Shown: positions 1 to 8,801, counted from the first letter of the stretch. The stretch is 38,081 bases of DNA from a virus (IMGVR_UViG_2534681701_000006), one strand, 5' to 3'. Made by a program: numbers and translations. The notes: a model not told the origin generated them from the sequence alone.

Positions 1-297
1 ACAACATCTTCGGCATCAAGTGTTATCGGGAGCAGCTCAGGCTACGTTGTTTTCTGTTGTTGAAGGAGGACGTAGTTTTCCTTCGCGCCAGTACTGGCGC
101 CACTTGAACAGCAAATTATCGTTGATCCCATGCTCACGAGCGAGTTGCGCTACGGAGATCTCTGGTCGATGCGAGAGTTCCACCATTTTGATTTTGAACT
201 CAACGGGATAATTAGGGCTTTTTTTACGCACTGCGGTTAATGATTTCATGAATAGCGTCCACCATATTTGGTGTCCACTATTCTCTCAGGAATTTCA
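1..297 (-). mobile_element. IS3-family insertion sequence, partial (window starts inside it); terminus at 297
   Basis: Minus-strand end reads TGAAATTCCTGAGAGAATAGTGGACAC (plus 271..297), which resembles the IS3 left end as I recall it (TGA start, AATAGTGGACAC block); orfA start lies 48 bp inside. Confidence 0.55.
37..249 (-). CDS. IS3-family transposase OrfA (HTH), 70 aa
   Basis: Translation (…VEFKIKMVELSHRPEISVAQLAREHGINDNLLFKWRQYWREGKL…) has the pattern of IS3/IS2-group OrfA HTH proteins; sits directly inside the IS3-like terminus. Confidence 0.55.
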   Translation of the reverse strand: MKSLTAVRKKSPNYPVEFKIKMVELSHRPEISVAQLAREHGINDNLLFKWRQYWREGKLRPPSTTENNVA

Positions 298-475
298 GGA
301 TCTGCCAGACGGTGCTGAGACGACGCTTACGCACGCAGTTTAGTTGTGTGGTATCCATTCCTTTGGTTGAGGCTTTACCGGTCAGCCCCTGTAACATCTG
401 GCGGTAGGTGTCTTCATCCATACCCAGTTCATTACGGGCAATATGGATAAGCTGTATCAGGCGTTTTTTCTGCAT
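278..475 (-). pseudogene. GemA-like (Mu gp16 family) gene, 3' end truncated by the IS3-family insertion at 297/298
   Basis: N-terminus MQKKRLIQLIHIARNELGMDEDTYRQMLQGLTGKAS matches the GemA/DUF1018 N-terminal motif as I recall it; ORF is 65 aa against roughly 180 aa expected, and its last codons and stop lie inside the IS terminus. AGGAGA RBS upstream of the ATG at 475. Confidence 0.5.
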
Positions 476-476
476 A

Positions 477-682
477 TCATCTCCTTTTTTTCAGTCTGTC
501 GGCAACAATGTCGGTTGCAGCTGGCAGGGTGACTGGCCAGAACAACATGACGGCGGTCATGTACAGGATGTAATGCGCGGTGTCGTAGTGCCTGCCATAG
601 CCCAGGGAACGATGAAGTCTTGCGCTGCATGATCCTGCGTACATATACCAGAAAAGAAAACAGACAATGGTTTCAGTAGTCA
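477..682 (-). CDS. small hydrophobic early protein, 68 aa
   Basis: GGAGG RBS before ATG at 682; ATGA start/stop overlap with the upstream gene; hydrophobic translation (MTTETIVCFLFWYMYAG…). The longer 477..839 ORF overlaps a better-supported gene and is rejected. Confidence 0.4.
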
Positions 683-903
683 TTCTGAATACCTCCCCAT
701 TCGATATGAATATTACGGGCAGCAATGACAGGGTCGTTATTCCACCATGCACCTGACATGTATTTTTCAACCTGTTCGCGTCCGGCAATAACACCAATTG
801 TGATCCCCGGCCTGACGTTCTTAAAAAAGGCGCGGGCAAAAAGGTATCTGGCAGATATTCGGCAGGCTTTTAATTTCCGGCTTTTACCTGATAGCGTAAT
901 CAT
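673..903 (-). CDS. hypothetical early protein, 76 aa
   Basis: GGAGG RBS 8 nt before ATG at 903; ATGA overlap with the stop of the 900..1619 gene (translational coupling). Confidence 0.4.
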   Translation of the reverse strand: MITLSGKSRKLKACRISARYLFARAFFKNVRPGITIGVIAGREQVEKYMSGAWWNNDPVIAARNIHIEWGGIQNDY

Positions 904-1619
904 CTGGCCTCCAGTTTCTGTTGTTCCTGCCCACTGACCGGGCGGTGCAGTCTGACGTTCTGCCCTTCACGAAACCCCGCATAGCGCGAGGCGTCGCCAT
1001 TGCGGCTTCTTCCCGGTTTACGCGCCCTGGTGGTTTGCGTCTGCGGGTATTTATGTTCCAGCCACTGCTGCATCAATTCACGCTCATCATCGGTCAGGGC
1101 AAAGGACTGTATTTCACTGATAACGGCCAGCACCCAGCCTTCGGCAAACTGGTCTCCACGGCTGGTGCGGGTGGCGGTTTTTATTCTTTTGTTCTGTGCA
1201 CTGATATACTGCTGACGCGCCTTTTTCAGCTGACGGGCCAGCACTTCCCAGGTGTATGCAGCCAGTGCCGCACGTTCCCGGTTGCCGTAGAACCCCACAG
1301 ACGGATGCGTGCCGGGGTGAATGATGGAGTTAACACCAAATACCTCGCGGATGATGTTCATCAGGCCCAGCATGTAGCGCGGTGGACGGAGACTGCCTGT
1401 CGGCCAGTAGTGACTGATGGTTTCATCAATATCACTCATAGCAATGTCGGAATGTGTGATGCCGTGAACATCCATCAGTTTACGGGCTCGGCGCAGTGCC
1501 AGAGCGGCCTCGTGCGGGTTGCCGGATGCGGCCAGCGCCAGCAACTTTTTCAGTTTCTCAATGTGTTTATTCTGGTCTGTCATTGTTCTGTATCTCCGGT
1601 ATTTTTCTGCCGTTTCCAT
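900..1619 (-). CDS. hypothetical early protein with DUF2786-like N-terminal motif, 239 aa
   Basis: Motif KLLALAASGNPHEAALALRRARKLMDVHGI is typical of DUF2786-type phage proteins; long ORF in the early operon orientation. Confidence 0.55.
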   Translation of the reverse strand: METAEKYRRYRTMTDQNKHIEKLKKLLALAASGNPHEAALALRRARKLMDVHGITHSDIAMSDIDETISHYWPTGSLRPPRYMLGLMNIIREVFGVNSIIHPGTHPSVGFYGNRERAALAAYTWEVLARQLKKARQQYISAQNKRIKTATRTSRGDQFAEGWVLAVISEIQSFALTDDERELMQQWLEHKYPQTQTTRARKPGRSRNGDASRYAGFREGQNVRLHRPVSGQEQQKLEAR

Positions 1620-1795
1620 GCCCGGACAGCGTCGGACAGCTCTTTCAGGCTGTATGCTGCTTTAAGCTTTTCCCATAACCACTGTGTTGTTATGTGCATC
1701 AGCAGGGCAGCCAGGGCTGCCCCCGCACTGAGGCATGTCGCCAGGCCAGTAAGAATCAGTGTCCATGCGGTGATTTCCCTGAGTATGTCAGCCAT
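1580..1795 (-). CDS. small membrane protein, 71 aa
   Basis: Hydrophobic segment (ITAWTLILTGLATCLSAGAALAALLM); same strand as the early operon. Confidence 0.35.
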   Translation of the reverse strand: MADILREITAWTLILTGLATCLSAGAALAALLMHITTQWLWEKLKAAYSLKELSDAVRAWKRQKNTGDTEQ

Positions 1796-1809
1796 TGAAT
1801 GCCTCCCGG

Positions 1810-2106
1810 TTACTCGTTCGTGTAAATCACGCCCAGTCGTGCAGCCAGACGTTCCAGTTTTTTCTGTTTGTGGAAGTCAATCAGCCGGTCCATCCCCTGA
1901 AGGCGCAGTTGCTCTGTCATGATTTCCACGTCTGCCAGCTCTGCCGCGAGGTCACTTTCGCTGCCCTGTCCGTTCAGGTTGCGGGCGGCACTGGCCGCCA
2001 GTTCAGCGGCCTCTTCTGCCAGTTTCAGGGCCTGTGCGTCCGGCCCGAAACGCTGCAGGGCCAGACGGTAGAGGGCGGTGCGGGTGAGTTCGGTGTTTCG
2101 TGTCAT
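1810..2106 (-). CDS. MazG-like nucleotide pyrophosphohydrolase-domain protein, 98 aa
   Basis: Acidic EEAAELA … ELADVEIM motifs in a ~100-aa protein resemble small phage MazG-like proteins. Confidence 0.45.
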   Translation of the reverse strand: MTRNTELTRTALYRLALQRFGPDAQALKLAEEAAELAASAARNLNGQGSESDLAAELADVEIMTEQLRLQGMDRLIDFHKQKKLERLAARLGVIYTNE

Positions 2107-2115
2107 GCCGCGCCC

Positions 2116-2388
2116 TCAGTGCTTCCGGCTGACGGTGATGTGCAGGCCGCCTTCTGCAGTGGTTTCCATCCGGTACGGCACCTCATGCTCTGCCGTGTGG
2201 GTGAGTGTGTTCATCAGTACCTGCAGGGCAGCCTCCTTTCCGTTGGTCGCCACAATGGCCTGTGTGGCCATGCTGATTAGCGCCGTCAGGACGTGCTTCA
2301 CATCGGTGAGGTCGCGGCATTCACACTCGTTGACATAGTGTTCAACAAGAGTTCGGGTGCGCTGTCGTGCTTCCTGTGGGGTAATCAT
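2116..2388 (-). CDS. hypothetical early protein, 90 aa
   Basis: ORF tightly packed in the early operon (4-bp overlap with the upstream gene). Confidence 0.45.
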   Translation of the reverse strand: MITPQEARQRTRTLVEHYVNECECRDLTDVKHVLTALISMATQAIVATNGKEAALQVLMNTLTHTAEHEVPYRMETTAEGGLHITVSRKH

Positions 2389-2579
2389 TGCGCGTCCTCC
2401 CTGTCAGGGCGGGAGAATTCCATGACGGGCACGTCCGCCGAAAAATGCTGGCTGCAGTACGGGCAGACCAGGGTGACACGTACTGCAGGTATGTGATACT
2501 TACCGGACATCACGGCGATGGCGCTGTGAAAACGCAGGGCTGTTATATCCCTCTCGCACTGAATACATTTAAATATCAT
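2385..2579 (-). CDS. zinc-ribbon protein, 64 aa
   Basis: Two CxxC pairs (CIQC … CPYC); GAGGAGAA RBS upstream. Confidence 0.45.
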   Translation of the reverse strand: MIFKCIQCERDITALRFHSAIAVMSGKYHIPAVRVTLVCPYCSQHFSADVPVMEFSRPDREDAQ

Positions 2580-2676
2580 AATTTAATTCTCCTCTGTTTC
2601 CGGCGTGCAGAAGCCCGCGGCGCTGACGCCGGAATAAAAAAGAAAATGTTTTTATTAAATAATTAACGTGGTGTGT

Positions 2677-3207
2677 TTACTGCACATCCTGCTCAAAAGG
2701 AATTATTGAAAAATCCTCAATATCACTTTTTATGGTAATACCGGGAATATTTTTCACAGCCTCTTTTTCATTCAGAATGGCATCTTTATTTATTTCCTCC
2801 TTTACACGAATAAAGCGCTCAAGCCCCAGACGTCTCAGCAGTTCAATGACATTATCCGCCCCGCGAATGCTGACTGACGGCGGACGGTTTCGCCACTGCA
2901 CCTCGCCGGTGGTGAGGTTAGCGAACTTCACCTTCCCGTTGCCGGTCAGTTCATCACGGTGCGCCTCACACCATGTCTGGATACCGGACTGCAGTTCGGC
3001 CATGCGTTTTTTCAGGCTCTCGGTGAGCGGGGCATAACGTGCAGTGATGTCGCCAATGGTGTCATTCATTTCTGTTTCAGCCCTGACCAGTTCACGTTGC
3101 GCGTCACCAAGCAGTCTGATTCCCTCAATGACCTCTTCGCGTGTCCCCGGCACCCAGAGTGCTGCTGCGGCTTTGATACGTTTTGCCCCTTTTGTACTTT
3201 TTGCCAT
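2677..3207 (-). CDS. gam: host-nuclease inhibitor Gam (Mu Gam family), 176 aa
   Basis: Size and translation consistent with Mu Gam; GGAGGAG RBS before the ATG at 3207; located downstream of the transposition genes as in Mu. Confidence 0.75.
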   Translation of the reverse strand: MAKSTKGAKRIKAAAALWVPGTREEVIEGIRLLGDAQRELVRAETEMNDTIGDITARYAPLTESLKKRMAELQSGIQTWCEAHRDELTGNGKVKFANLTTGEVQWRNRPPSVSIRGADNVIELLRRLGLERFIRVKEEINKDAILNEKEAVKNIPGITIKSDIEDFSIIPFEQDVQ

Positions 3208-3234
3208 ATTTTATGACTCCTCCTGTTGTGCTGA

Positions 3235-3504
3235 TTACCACAAAGATTCCGGCCACACGACGCGACAGCCGTGCAGTTCGAAAACGCCCTGACGGAAATG
3301 TCCCCTGTGGTCATGACCGGTATACAGATAACAGGCCTTTCCCTGCTCAAGCATGCGCATGCAATGCGCACTCCGGGAAACGCGGATGACAGGTTTGTTA
3401 CCCCTGATGGTGATGCTTTGTACATCCGTGTTCGTCGCCTTAAGCGCCATAATGGCTGACTGCACTTTGCTGATTTGCTGGTTGATACCTGTGGTGGATT
3501 TCAT
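3235..3504 (-). CDS. hypothetical early protein, 89 aa
   Basis: ORF between the B-like ATPase and Gam, the position of Mu kil/cim-type small genes; no recognisable motif. Confidence 0.45.
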   Translation of the reverse strand: MKSTTGINQQISKVQSAIMALKATNTDVQSITIRGNKPVIRVSRSAHCMRMLEQGKACYLYTGHDHRGHFRQGVFELHGCRVVWPESLW

Positions 3505-3506
3505 TA

Positions 3507-4673
3507 TTAAACCCCTTTGACAACGTCAGCGTTGACCTGTGGAACCCCGATTTCAGCGGCCAGATTCATGGCGGCTATTACCAGGTTACTGACGGCCAGC
3601 GGATACAGCAGGCTGACCATATTTTTACGATGACTTCCCGGATTGCTCAGGCGGGCACGTATGGCATCCACTGCGCTGGCGTCCATAATGTCCGTCAGTT
3701 GTTTACCGGCCCGTTGCAGTTTGAACGTCAGAAACTCTTCAAGGTTATTGTCCAGAGGCAGAAGTTCGACCACCTCACAGCGCTGAACGACTTCACGGAC
3801 TTCCATATTGCGTTCAGACAGTTTTGTCGCCAGTTCCGGCTGGCCAATCAGCACGATGGACAGCAGTTTTTTGAAACCGGACTCCAGCTCAAAAAAGCGT
3901 TTGAGGTGTTTCAGTGTCGGAATGGGCAGACTGTGGGCCTCCTCAATCACCAGAACGTGGCTGAACCCCGCCTGGCTGCTGTCTTTCAGGACGCGATGCA
4001 ACTGGCGAAAGCGGGCGTCCTGACTGCGTCTGATGCTTTCCAGTGGTGCGATGGTACTGATAATGGCTTCGGCAATCGCTGCTGCCTTCAGGGTTTTCCC
4101 TTTCACATCGTTGTCTTCCATAGCGATGATGTATGGCTCGATAACAATTACCGGCGCATTCTCGCGGTTGATACGTTCAGTCAGGTCGCGGCGCAGCGTG
4201 GATTTACCCGCACCGGACTCACCGATGACGGCCATAAACCCACCATGACGGGCTGTCTGGTACAACGCCTCACGCACGTAGCGAATATCCGGGGTGGTGA
4301 ACACATCATCAGAACCCTGCATGGCTTCGTCGGCGAACGGGTCACGGAAAAGACCAAACGCTTTTTTGGTTGCTGGAAATAACACCTGTTTTTTGAGTAA
4401 CATATTCTCTTCCTCACTGAGGCTCGTTTTATCTGTGGTACCCGCTGTACGGGGCGTGGCCGCGCCCTGTACAGCATCAAAACTCTTCGTTGTATCAATC
4501 CCCTGACTTTCCAGCCAGGACGCAAGACGCCGGCGCACTTCTCCGGGGCTGGTGCGGGGCCACGCGTTATGATTCACAATCTGGGCCAGCGTGGCCTCAG
4601 AAACATCGACAGCTCTCGCCACCACCGCCTGTGGAATACGGGCCTCTTTCAGTTGCTGCTTCAGTACCAGCAT
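3507..4673 (-). CDS. transposition ATPase, MuB-like AAA+ protein
   Basis: Walker A GESGAGKST and Walker B-like HVLVIEEAH; N-terminal HTH-like segment; GGAGGG RBS directly after the transposase stop, ATG at 4673 (ORF track's 4712 start overlaps the transposase). Confidence 0.85.
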   Translation of the reverse strand: MLVLKQQLKEARIPQAVVARAVDVSEATLAQIVNHNAWPRTSPGEVRRRLASWLESQGIDTTKSFDAVQGAATPRTAGTTDKTSLSEEENMLLKKQVLFPATKKAFGLFRDPFADEAMQGSDDVFTTPDIRYVREALYQTARHGGFMAVIGESGAGKSTLRRDLTERINRENAPVIVIEPYIIAMEDNDVKGKTLKAAAIAEAIISTIAPLESIRRSQDARFRQLHRVLKDSSQAGFSHVLVIEEAHSLPIPTLKHLKRFFELESGFKKLLSIVLIGQPELATKLSERNMEVREVVQRCEVVELLPLDNNLEEFLTFKLQRAGKQLTDIMDASAVDAIRARLSNPGSHRKNMVSLLYPLAVSNLVIAAMNLAAEIGVPQVNADVVKGV

Positions 4674-4683
4674 GTTTCCCTCC

Positions 4684-6453
4684 TCAGTTGCCGTTAACAA
4701 TGCTGATAACACTGCTGCGGGCCGGTGTGGTCAGCGTGGCCATGACTTCATCCAGTGCGGCTTCCGGTACGCCGTCCGGGTACTGTGCCGTTAACTGGCG
4801 GTAATGTTCCGGCGTCCAGGTAAGGCCGTCGGCGCTGAACTTATCGCGCAGGGCTTTCGCGGCCTCCACATGAGTCATGGGACGTTGTTCAGTGCGCGGC
4901 CCGCGTACGTCAGAGGCCTGACCACGCTTCGGCATATAGGCCGGAAGTGTGGTGTCGTCGATATGTTTATACGGGTCAAGCCGCCCGCCGAACGGCAGCG
5001 CCTTCGCCTTGCGTGCGGCGGCTGCATCTGCGGCGTTGTCTGTACCGGTAACCAGCGCTTCGGTTTCTTTTGCCGCCATCTGTGCCGGGGTTTCCGGCAG
5101 GGCTTTGTAACTTTCGCCAAATACCGCCGCGCCTTCAGCAAAGCCAAACTTGTTCTTTCTGACCTCTTCGACCAGGAAGAACGTCTCGTGGCCGTCCTCA
5201 CCGGTCAGAACCACCTGTGCCACATCGCTGCGCCATGGGTTACGGGTAATCATCAGTTTTTCACCAACCAGTACGCCCGGTACCGTTGATACGTCAAATT
5301 CAGTGCCCCGGAACGAGACACGAAGTTTTGGCGTGACTTTGCGGAGTTCTGGTGCCGCCACAGCCAGTTCACGACATACCTCAACGGAAGGCGCTTTTTT
5401 CAGCTGCTCAGCAGTAATCTTCAGCCAGATATCCGTGCGGGTTTTACCGTGGCGGCTGTGAACAGCCGTGGCGTTAAAGTGGCTGCGCCATTTCGCGGCC
5501 AGCGCGTTGAGTTCTTCCAGACTGTGAACCGGCCGGAACTTCAGACCCGGCTCCAGCTTGCGTTCGATAATGTCACGCGCCTTTTCCACCTGTCCGGTGG
5601 CGCGGGCGTTATGCGGCTTGTGCGCTATCAGGTCGATGCCCAGTGAGCGGCACATGTTTTTCGTCATACCCGCGGTGTTTGCCGAGCCGGGGTCGAGATA
5701 GAGTATTTTCGGCACGCCGTGCAGCACGTCTGCGCCGCCACGCTCCTGCATGGCGTTGATAAGCACAGAACACAGGTTCTCACCTGATTCCGCGCCCGTC
5801 ACATACTCAACGTAAATCCAGCCGCTGGCATGGTCGGTAATCTCGTAACTCCACACGCGGTCACTGGCGATACGGGCAAGGTTAGCGGGCTTGTTCTTGT
5901 AGAACTTCGCGCTGTCCATCACCTGCAGCCCTTTATGTCCATTGCTCAGGTAGTAAAGCGTGCAGAGTGAGGCGTCAATCTGCCAGACATGATTGGGATG
6001 CAGACTGGCCACTTCGGTATGTGGTGCAGGGGCATCCAGTTGTTCCGGGTGCAGGCCATAGTTACGCAGAGCACGGCTGATGGCATCTTCAGACAACGGG
6101 AAAAACTCACCGGTGGTTTCATCTGTTCTGCCTGCGGTGATAAAGCCGTTAGCCCGCAGGGTTTCCACTGCATCTGCGATGGAATAGAGACGCTTACCGT
6201 TCTTGCGGGTGGCCTCACGCAGTGTGGCAGATATCAGCGCGGCTTCGTCGCGGGTCAGGGCGCTGCGCCCGGCATCGGCGCGTTTTTTGCGTTTATCAGT
6301 CACAGATACCTCCTTCAGCCTGCGCAGCAGAGTGGCGCGGGACATGCCAAGTTCAGCACAGGCAGCGTCGTATATTGCACCGCGTTTACCATGCCCCGCG
6401 TCACGTGCCGCGCGGGCTGTTTCAACCAGTTTTTCAGTCAGTGCCGGGGTCAT
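4684..6453 (-). CDS. DDE transposase, MuA/TnsB-type (Mu transposase family), 589 aa
   Basis: Integrase-core-like region (HVWQIDAS…) and size; immediately upstream of the AAA+ ATPase partner, as in Mu A-B. Confidence 0.85.
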   Translation of the reverse strand: MTPALTEKLVETARAARDAGHGKRGAIYDAACAELGMSRATLLRRLKEVSVTDKRKKRADAGRSALTRDEAALISATLREATRKNGKRLYSIADAVETLRANGFITAGRTDETTGEFFPLSEDAISRALRNYGLHPEQLDAPAPHTEVASLHPNHVWQIDASLCTLYYLSNGHKGLQVMDSAKFYKNKPANLARIASDRVWSYEITDHASGWIYVEYVTGAESGENLCSVLINAMQERGGADVLHGVPKILYLDPGSANTAGMTKNMCRSLGIDLIAHKPHNARATGQVEKARDIIERKLEPGLKFRPVHSLEELNALAAKWRSHFNATAVHSRHGKTRTDIWLKITAEQLKKAPSVEVCRELAVAAPELRKVTPKLRVSFRGTEFDVSTVPGVLVGEKLMITRNPWRSDVAQVVLTGEDGHETFFLVEEVRKNKFGFAEGAAVFGESYKALPETPAQMAAKETEALVTGTDNAADAAAARKAKALPFGGRLDPYKHIDDTTLPAYMPKRGQASDVRGPRTEQRPMTHVEAAKALRDKFSADGLTWTPEHYRQLTAQYPDGVPEAALDEVMATLTTPARSSVISIVNGN

Positions 6454-6468
6454 AGCTTGTCTTCCCTG

Positions 6469-6786
6469 TTATCCGATTCTGGCGGCAATTTTTCTGGCGA
6501 GGTCGCACAGTGTTTCGCCATCGCAGGTTTTCACCACGGTATTTACCGGTTGCGGTGCAACTACCGGGCGTAATGCTGACTGATTCTGCAGACGTCTTAT
6601 CTGCTGCATCAGCATCACCTCCATCGTCAGTACAAACGGGTGCGTCTCCTGTGCGGGTACGCAGATTTCACCGGAAGGGGTCACCACGCGGAAACCCTGC
6701 ACCATCTCCGGCAGCAGATTACACAGTGCGTGCCCCAGTGCCTCCGGGCTGTCCATCAGGGTATTTTGTGTGTTATTCGTATTCAT
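6469..6786 (-). CDS. hypothetical protein, 105 aa
   Basis: ORF between the regulators and the transposase; abuts the next gene. Confidence 0.45.
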   Translation of the reverse strand: MNTNNTQNTLMDSPEALGHALCNLLPEMVQGFRVVTPSGEICVPAQETHPFVLTMEVMLMQQIRRLQNQSALRPVVAPQPVNTVVKTCDGETLCDLARKIAARIG

Positions 6787-7706
6787 TACTGCATATCCTC
6801 CGGTCGGTTGATTTCAGGTTCCGGTTCGGTCAGCCAGGCGGGGGCATCGTTACCCGATGGAGCGGCCTCAAGGTCAAACGTCTCACGTAATGCATGAACA
6901 CTGCGTTCAATCTGGCAGACCAGACCGGCCATGAAATCTCTGGGGGTATCGATCATGTTTTTGGTGCAGTATTCACACAGGGTCTCAAAAACACTGGACA
7001 GCCGGACGGCGATAGCCGATTCGGCCTCAACCGCTAATGCCGTCACTTCCGCCCGCAATTTTTTCAGTTCTTCGTCTGGCGGCGGAGGTTGCAGGCGCGA
7101 TTTCTTCTCCAGTTTTGTGGCCAGTTCGTTGATTTTTTCGTCCTTTCCGGCAAGCACCTGTTGCTGAGCTGCGTTGGTTTCGCGCGCTTCACGCAGGGCG
7201 GCCTTCAGTTCGCGGCTGGTCATGCGATCAATATCATCAAGCGTTGCACCGGCGACGGTTCCACCATCAGCTAATGCGTCGAGTTCTTCGTCATCCAGAA
7301 CCATCAGTTCATATAACTTGGTTTTTCCCAAAACGCTCAGCGCTGAGCGTTTTGGCTGTTCATCTCCATTGCCGAGAAATTTCACGCTGGCCTGCATCAT
7401 GCGACGAGCTACCTGTGGTGCTAATCCGAGGTCGTTTTCCAGAATATTTGTGAAATCACCATGCGGTTCATTTTCTTTTAAGATGATCAGCCGCTTACCC
7501 GCTTCCAACATAGATTCAGCACTCTGCGCCATATAAAAACGTGCTTCGTGAACGATGCGTTCACGTTCATAAGGCAGTCCATCACCAAACTGCTGCATGA
7601 TCTCCATGCGATGCTGTGTCATGGCATTCAGGCTGACGTTGAGATCATCCGACAGCGGTACATCGGCGTTCAGTTCAGTGTTAATCGGTGATTTGGTACG
7701 TCCCAT
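6786..7706 (-). CDS. hypothetical protein with central coiled-coil, 306 aa
   Basis: Long ORF with charged, coiled-coil-like central region; family not recognised with certainty (possibly DUF3102-like). Confidence 0.55.
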   Translation of the reverse strand: MGRTKSPINTELNADVPLSDDLNVSLNAMTQHRMEIMQQFGDGLPYERERIVHEARFYMAQSAESMLEAGKRLIILKENEPHGDFTNILENDLGLAPQVARRMMQASVKFLGNGDEQPKRSALSVLGKTKLYELMVLDDEELDALADGGTVAGATLDDIDRMTSRELKAALREARETNAAQQQVLAGKDEKINELATKLEKKSRLQPPPPDEELKKLRAEVTALAVEAESAIAVRLSSVFETLCEYCTKNMIDTPRDFMAGLVCQIERSVHALRETFDLEAAPSGNDAPAWLTEPEPEINRPEDMQ

Positions 7707-7716
7707 TGATTACTCC

Positions 7717-8031
7717 TTACAAACGACTACCTGAAATGACACGTTGGTTAATTTCGTTAATACGATCCTGTGCACGTGCCATCTCGTTACTGTGGGCCAT
7801 GGCGATCTGCAGTAACTGGATGCCCGGTGCAAAACGTCCGTTCTCCAGTTTCAGAGCCAGCCCTTCTTCAATGAGGGTGTTGAGTGCCCGGTTGATGTTT
7901 GCCGGTGACTCGTGCAGTGCTGTCGCCAGTTCACCGTTAGAAATACCGTTCAGGGCATGACCGCGCAGCGCTTTGAGTACCCGGAGGATGCGACTGCCGG
8001 AGCTTGAAACATTCGTCTTACTCATCTGCAT
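7717..8031 (-). CDS. putative winged-helix DNA-binding regulator, 104 aa
   Basis: HTH-like segment ISNGELATALHESPANINRALNTLIEEGLAL; AGAGG RBS; start may be the ATG at 8025. Confidence 0.5.
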   Translation of the reverse strand: MQMSKTNVSSSGSRILRVLKALRGHALNGISNGELATALHESPANINRALNTLIEEGLALKLENGRFAPGIQLLQIAMAHSNEMARAQDRINEINQRVISGSRL

Positions 8032-8077
8032 ACCTCTTTTGCGATATGTGATAACCTTTTACAAAGACTCAAAATAT

Positions 8078-8266
8078 TTAGGCCGCCTGAGCTGTTGATT
8101 TCAGTCCCAACTTCACGGCGATTTCATGGGATTTACCGTAACGGGCTTTGGTCTGCCCGTTGAGAACGCGGTATACCTCATTGCGGTTGTAGCCGTTTTC
8201 TTCTGCCCAGCGGGTGAAAGTGATCCCGCGCTGGCGGAAGAGAGCTTTGACTTGTTCTGCAGTCAT
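8078..8266 (-). CDS. Cro/Ner-like small HTH regulator, 62 aa
   Basis: Small basic HTH protein, first gene of the early operon, divergent from the repressor; the position of Mu ner. Confidence 0.6.
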   Translation of the reverse strand: MTAEQVKALFRQRGITFTRWAEENGYNRNEVYRVLNGQTKARYGKSHEIAVKLGLKSTAQAA

Positions 8267-8319
8267 CGTTGTCTCCTTTGTTGATGCAATGATGTTTGCC
8301 TTATATGTGTTAGATTATT

Positions 8320-8335
8320 GCTCATAATTATGAGC
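8320..8335. promoter_or_regulatory. perfect 16-bp palindrome GCTCATAATTATGAGC in the divergent control region (candidate operator)
   Basis: Read directly; lies between divergently transcribed regulator genes, about 25 bp upstream of the repressor start. Confidence 0.45.
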
Positions 8336-8359
8336 ATATCAAGATAGAGATTCACTTTT

Positions 8360-8716
8360 ATGAGCAAAGATATAGGAGAGCGCGTTATTTCTGTGAGGAA
8401 GAAAGCAGGGTTGAACCAGAGAGAATTTGCAGCTCGTTTAGGTATTTCTAATGGTGGTATCAGTCAGATTGAAAATGGAAAGGCGATGCCTGGAGGGGAG
8501 TTTCTGTTAAAGATGCATCAAGAGTTTAATGTTGATGTAAATTGGTTGCTCACTGGAATGAGCACAGATGGTATGACTAGAAACCAGAATCAAATTTCCC
8601 CAGAAAAACAAAAACTAATAGATACTTTTGACGACATGACACCAGACCAACAACGCTCATTTCTTGAGATTGGGCGATTCTATACTCAGCCAAAACCAGG
8701 AAAAATCGCAGGCTGA
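8360..8716 (+). CDS. XRE-family (Cro/CI-type HTH) repressor, 118 aa
   Basis: N-terminal HTH signature (LNQREFAARLGISNGGISQIENGK); divergent from the early operon. Confidence 0.75.
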   Translation: MSKDIGERVISVRKKAGLNQREFAARLGISNGGISQIENGKAMPGGEFLLKMHQEFNVDVNWLLTGMSTDGMTRNQNQISPEKQKLIDTFDDMTPDQQRSFLEIGRFYTQPKPGKIAG

Positions 8717-8801
8717 TACTGACCCGGACACAAAGGACAGGTGGTTGATCTGGATGCTTTCAGAAAACATCGCCAGTGACATAGTGGAAGTTGTTTGGTT
8801 T

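Noticed and set aside
477-839. 120-aa minus-strand ORF (long version)
   Set aside because: Upstream part overlaps the better-supported 673..903 gene in another frame; the shorter 477..682 version has its own GGAGG RBS and is kept.
921-1922. 333-aa plus-strand ORF
   Set aside because: Antisense to three tightly coupled early genes with good RBSs; Cys/Arg-rich low-complexity translation.
2580-2676. Stem-loop between gam and the zinc-ribbon gene as a terminator
   Set aside because: The stem CCGGCGT/ACGCCGG has no U-tract after it on the transcribed minus strand; more likely a leader structure.
3630-4382. 250-aa plus-strand ORF
   Set aside because: Lies entirely antisense within the well-supported MuB-like ATPase gene; no RBS or recognisable motif; typical GC-rich antisense artefact.
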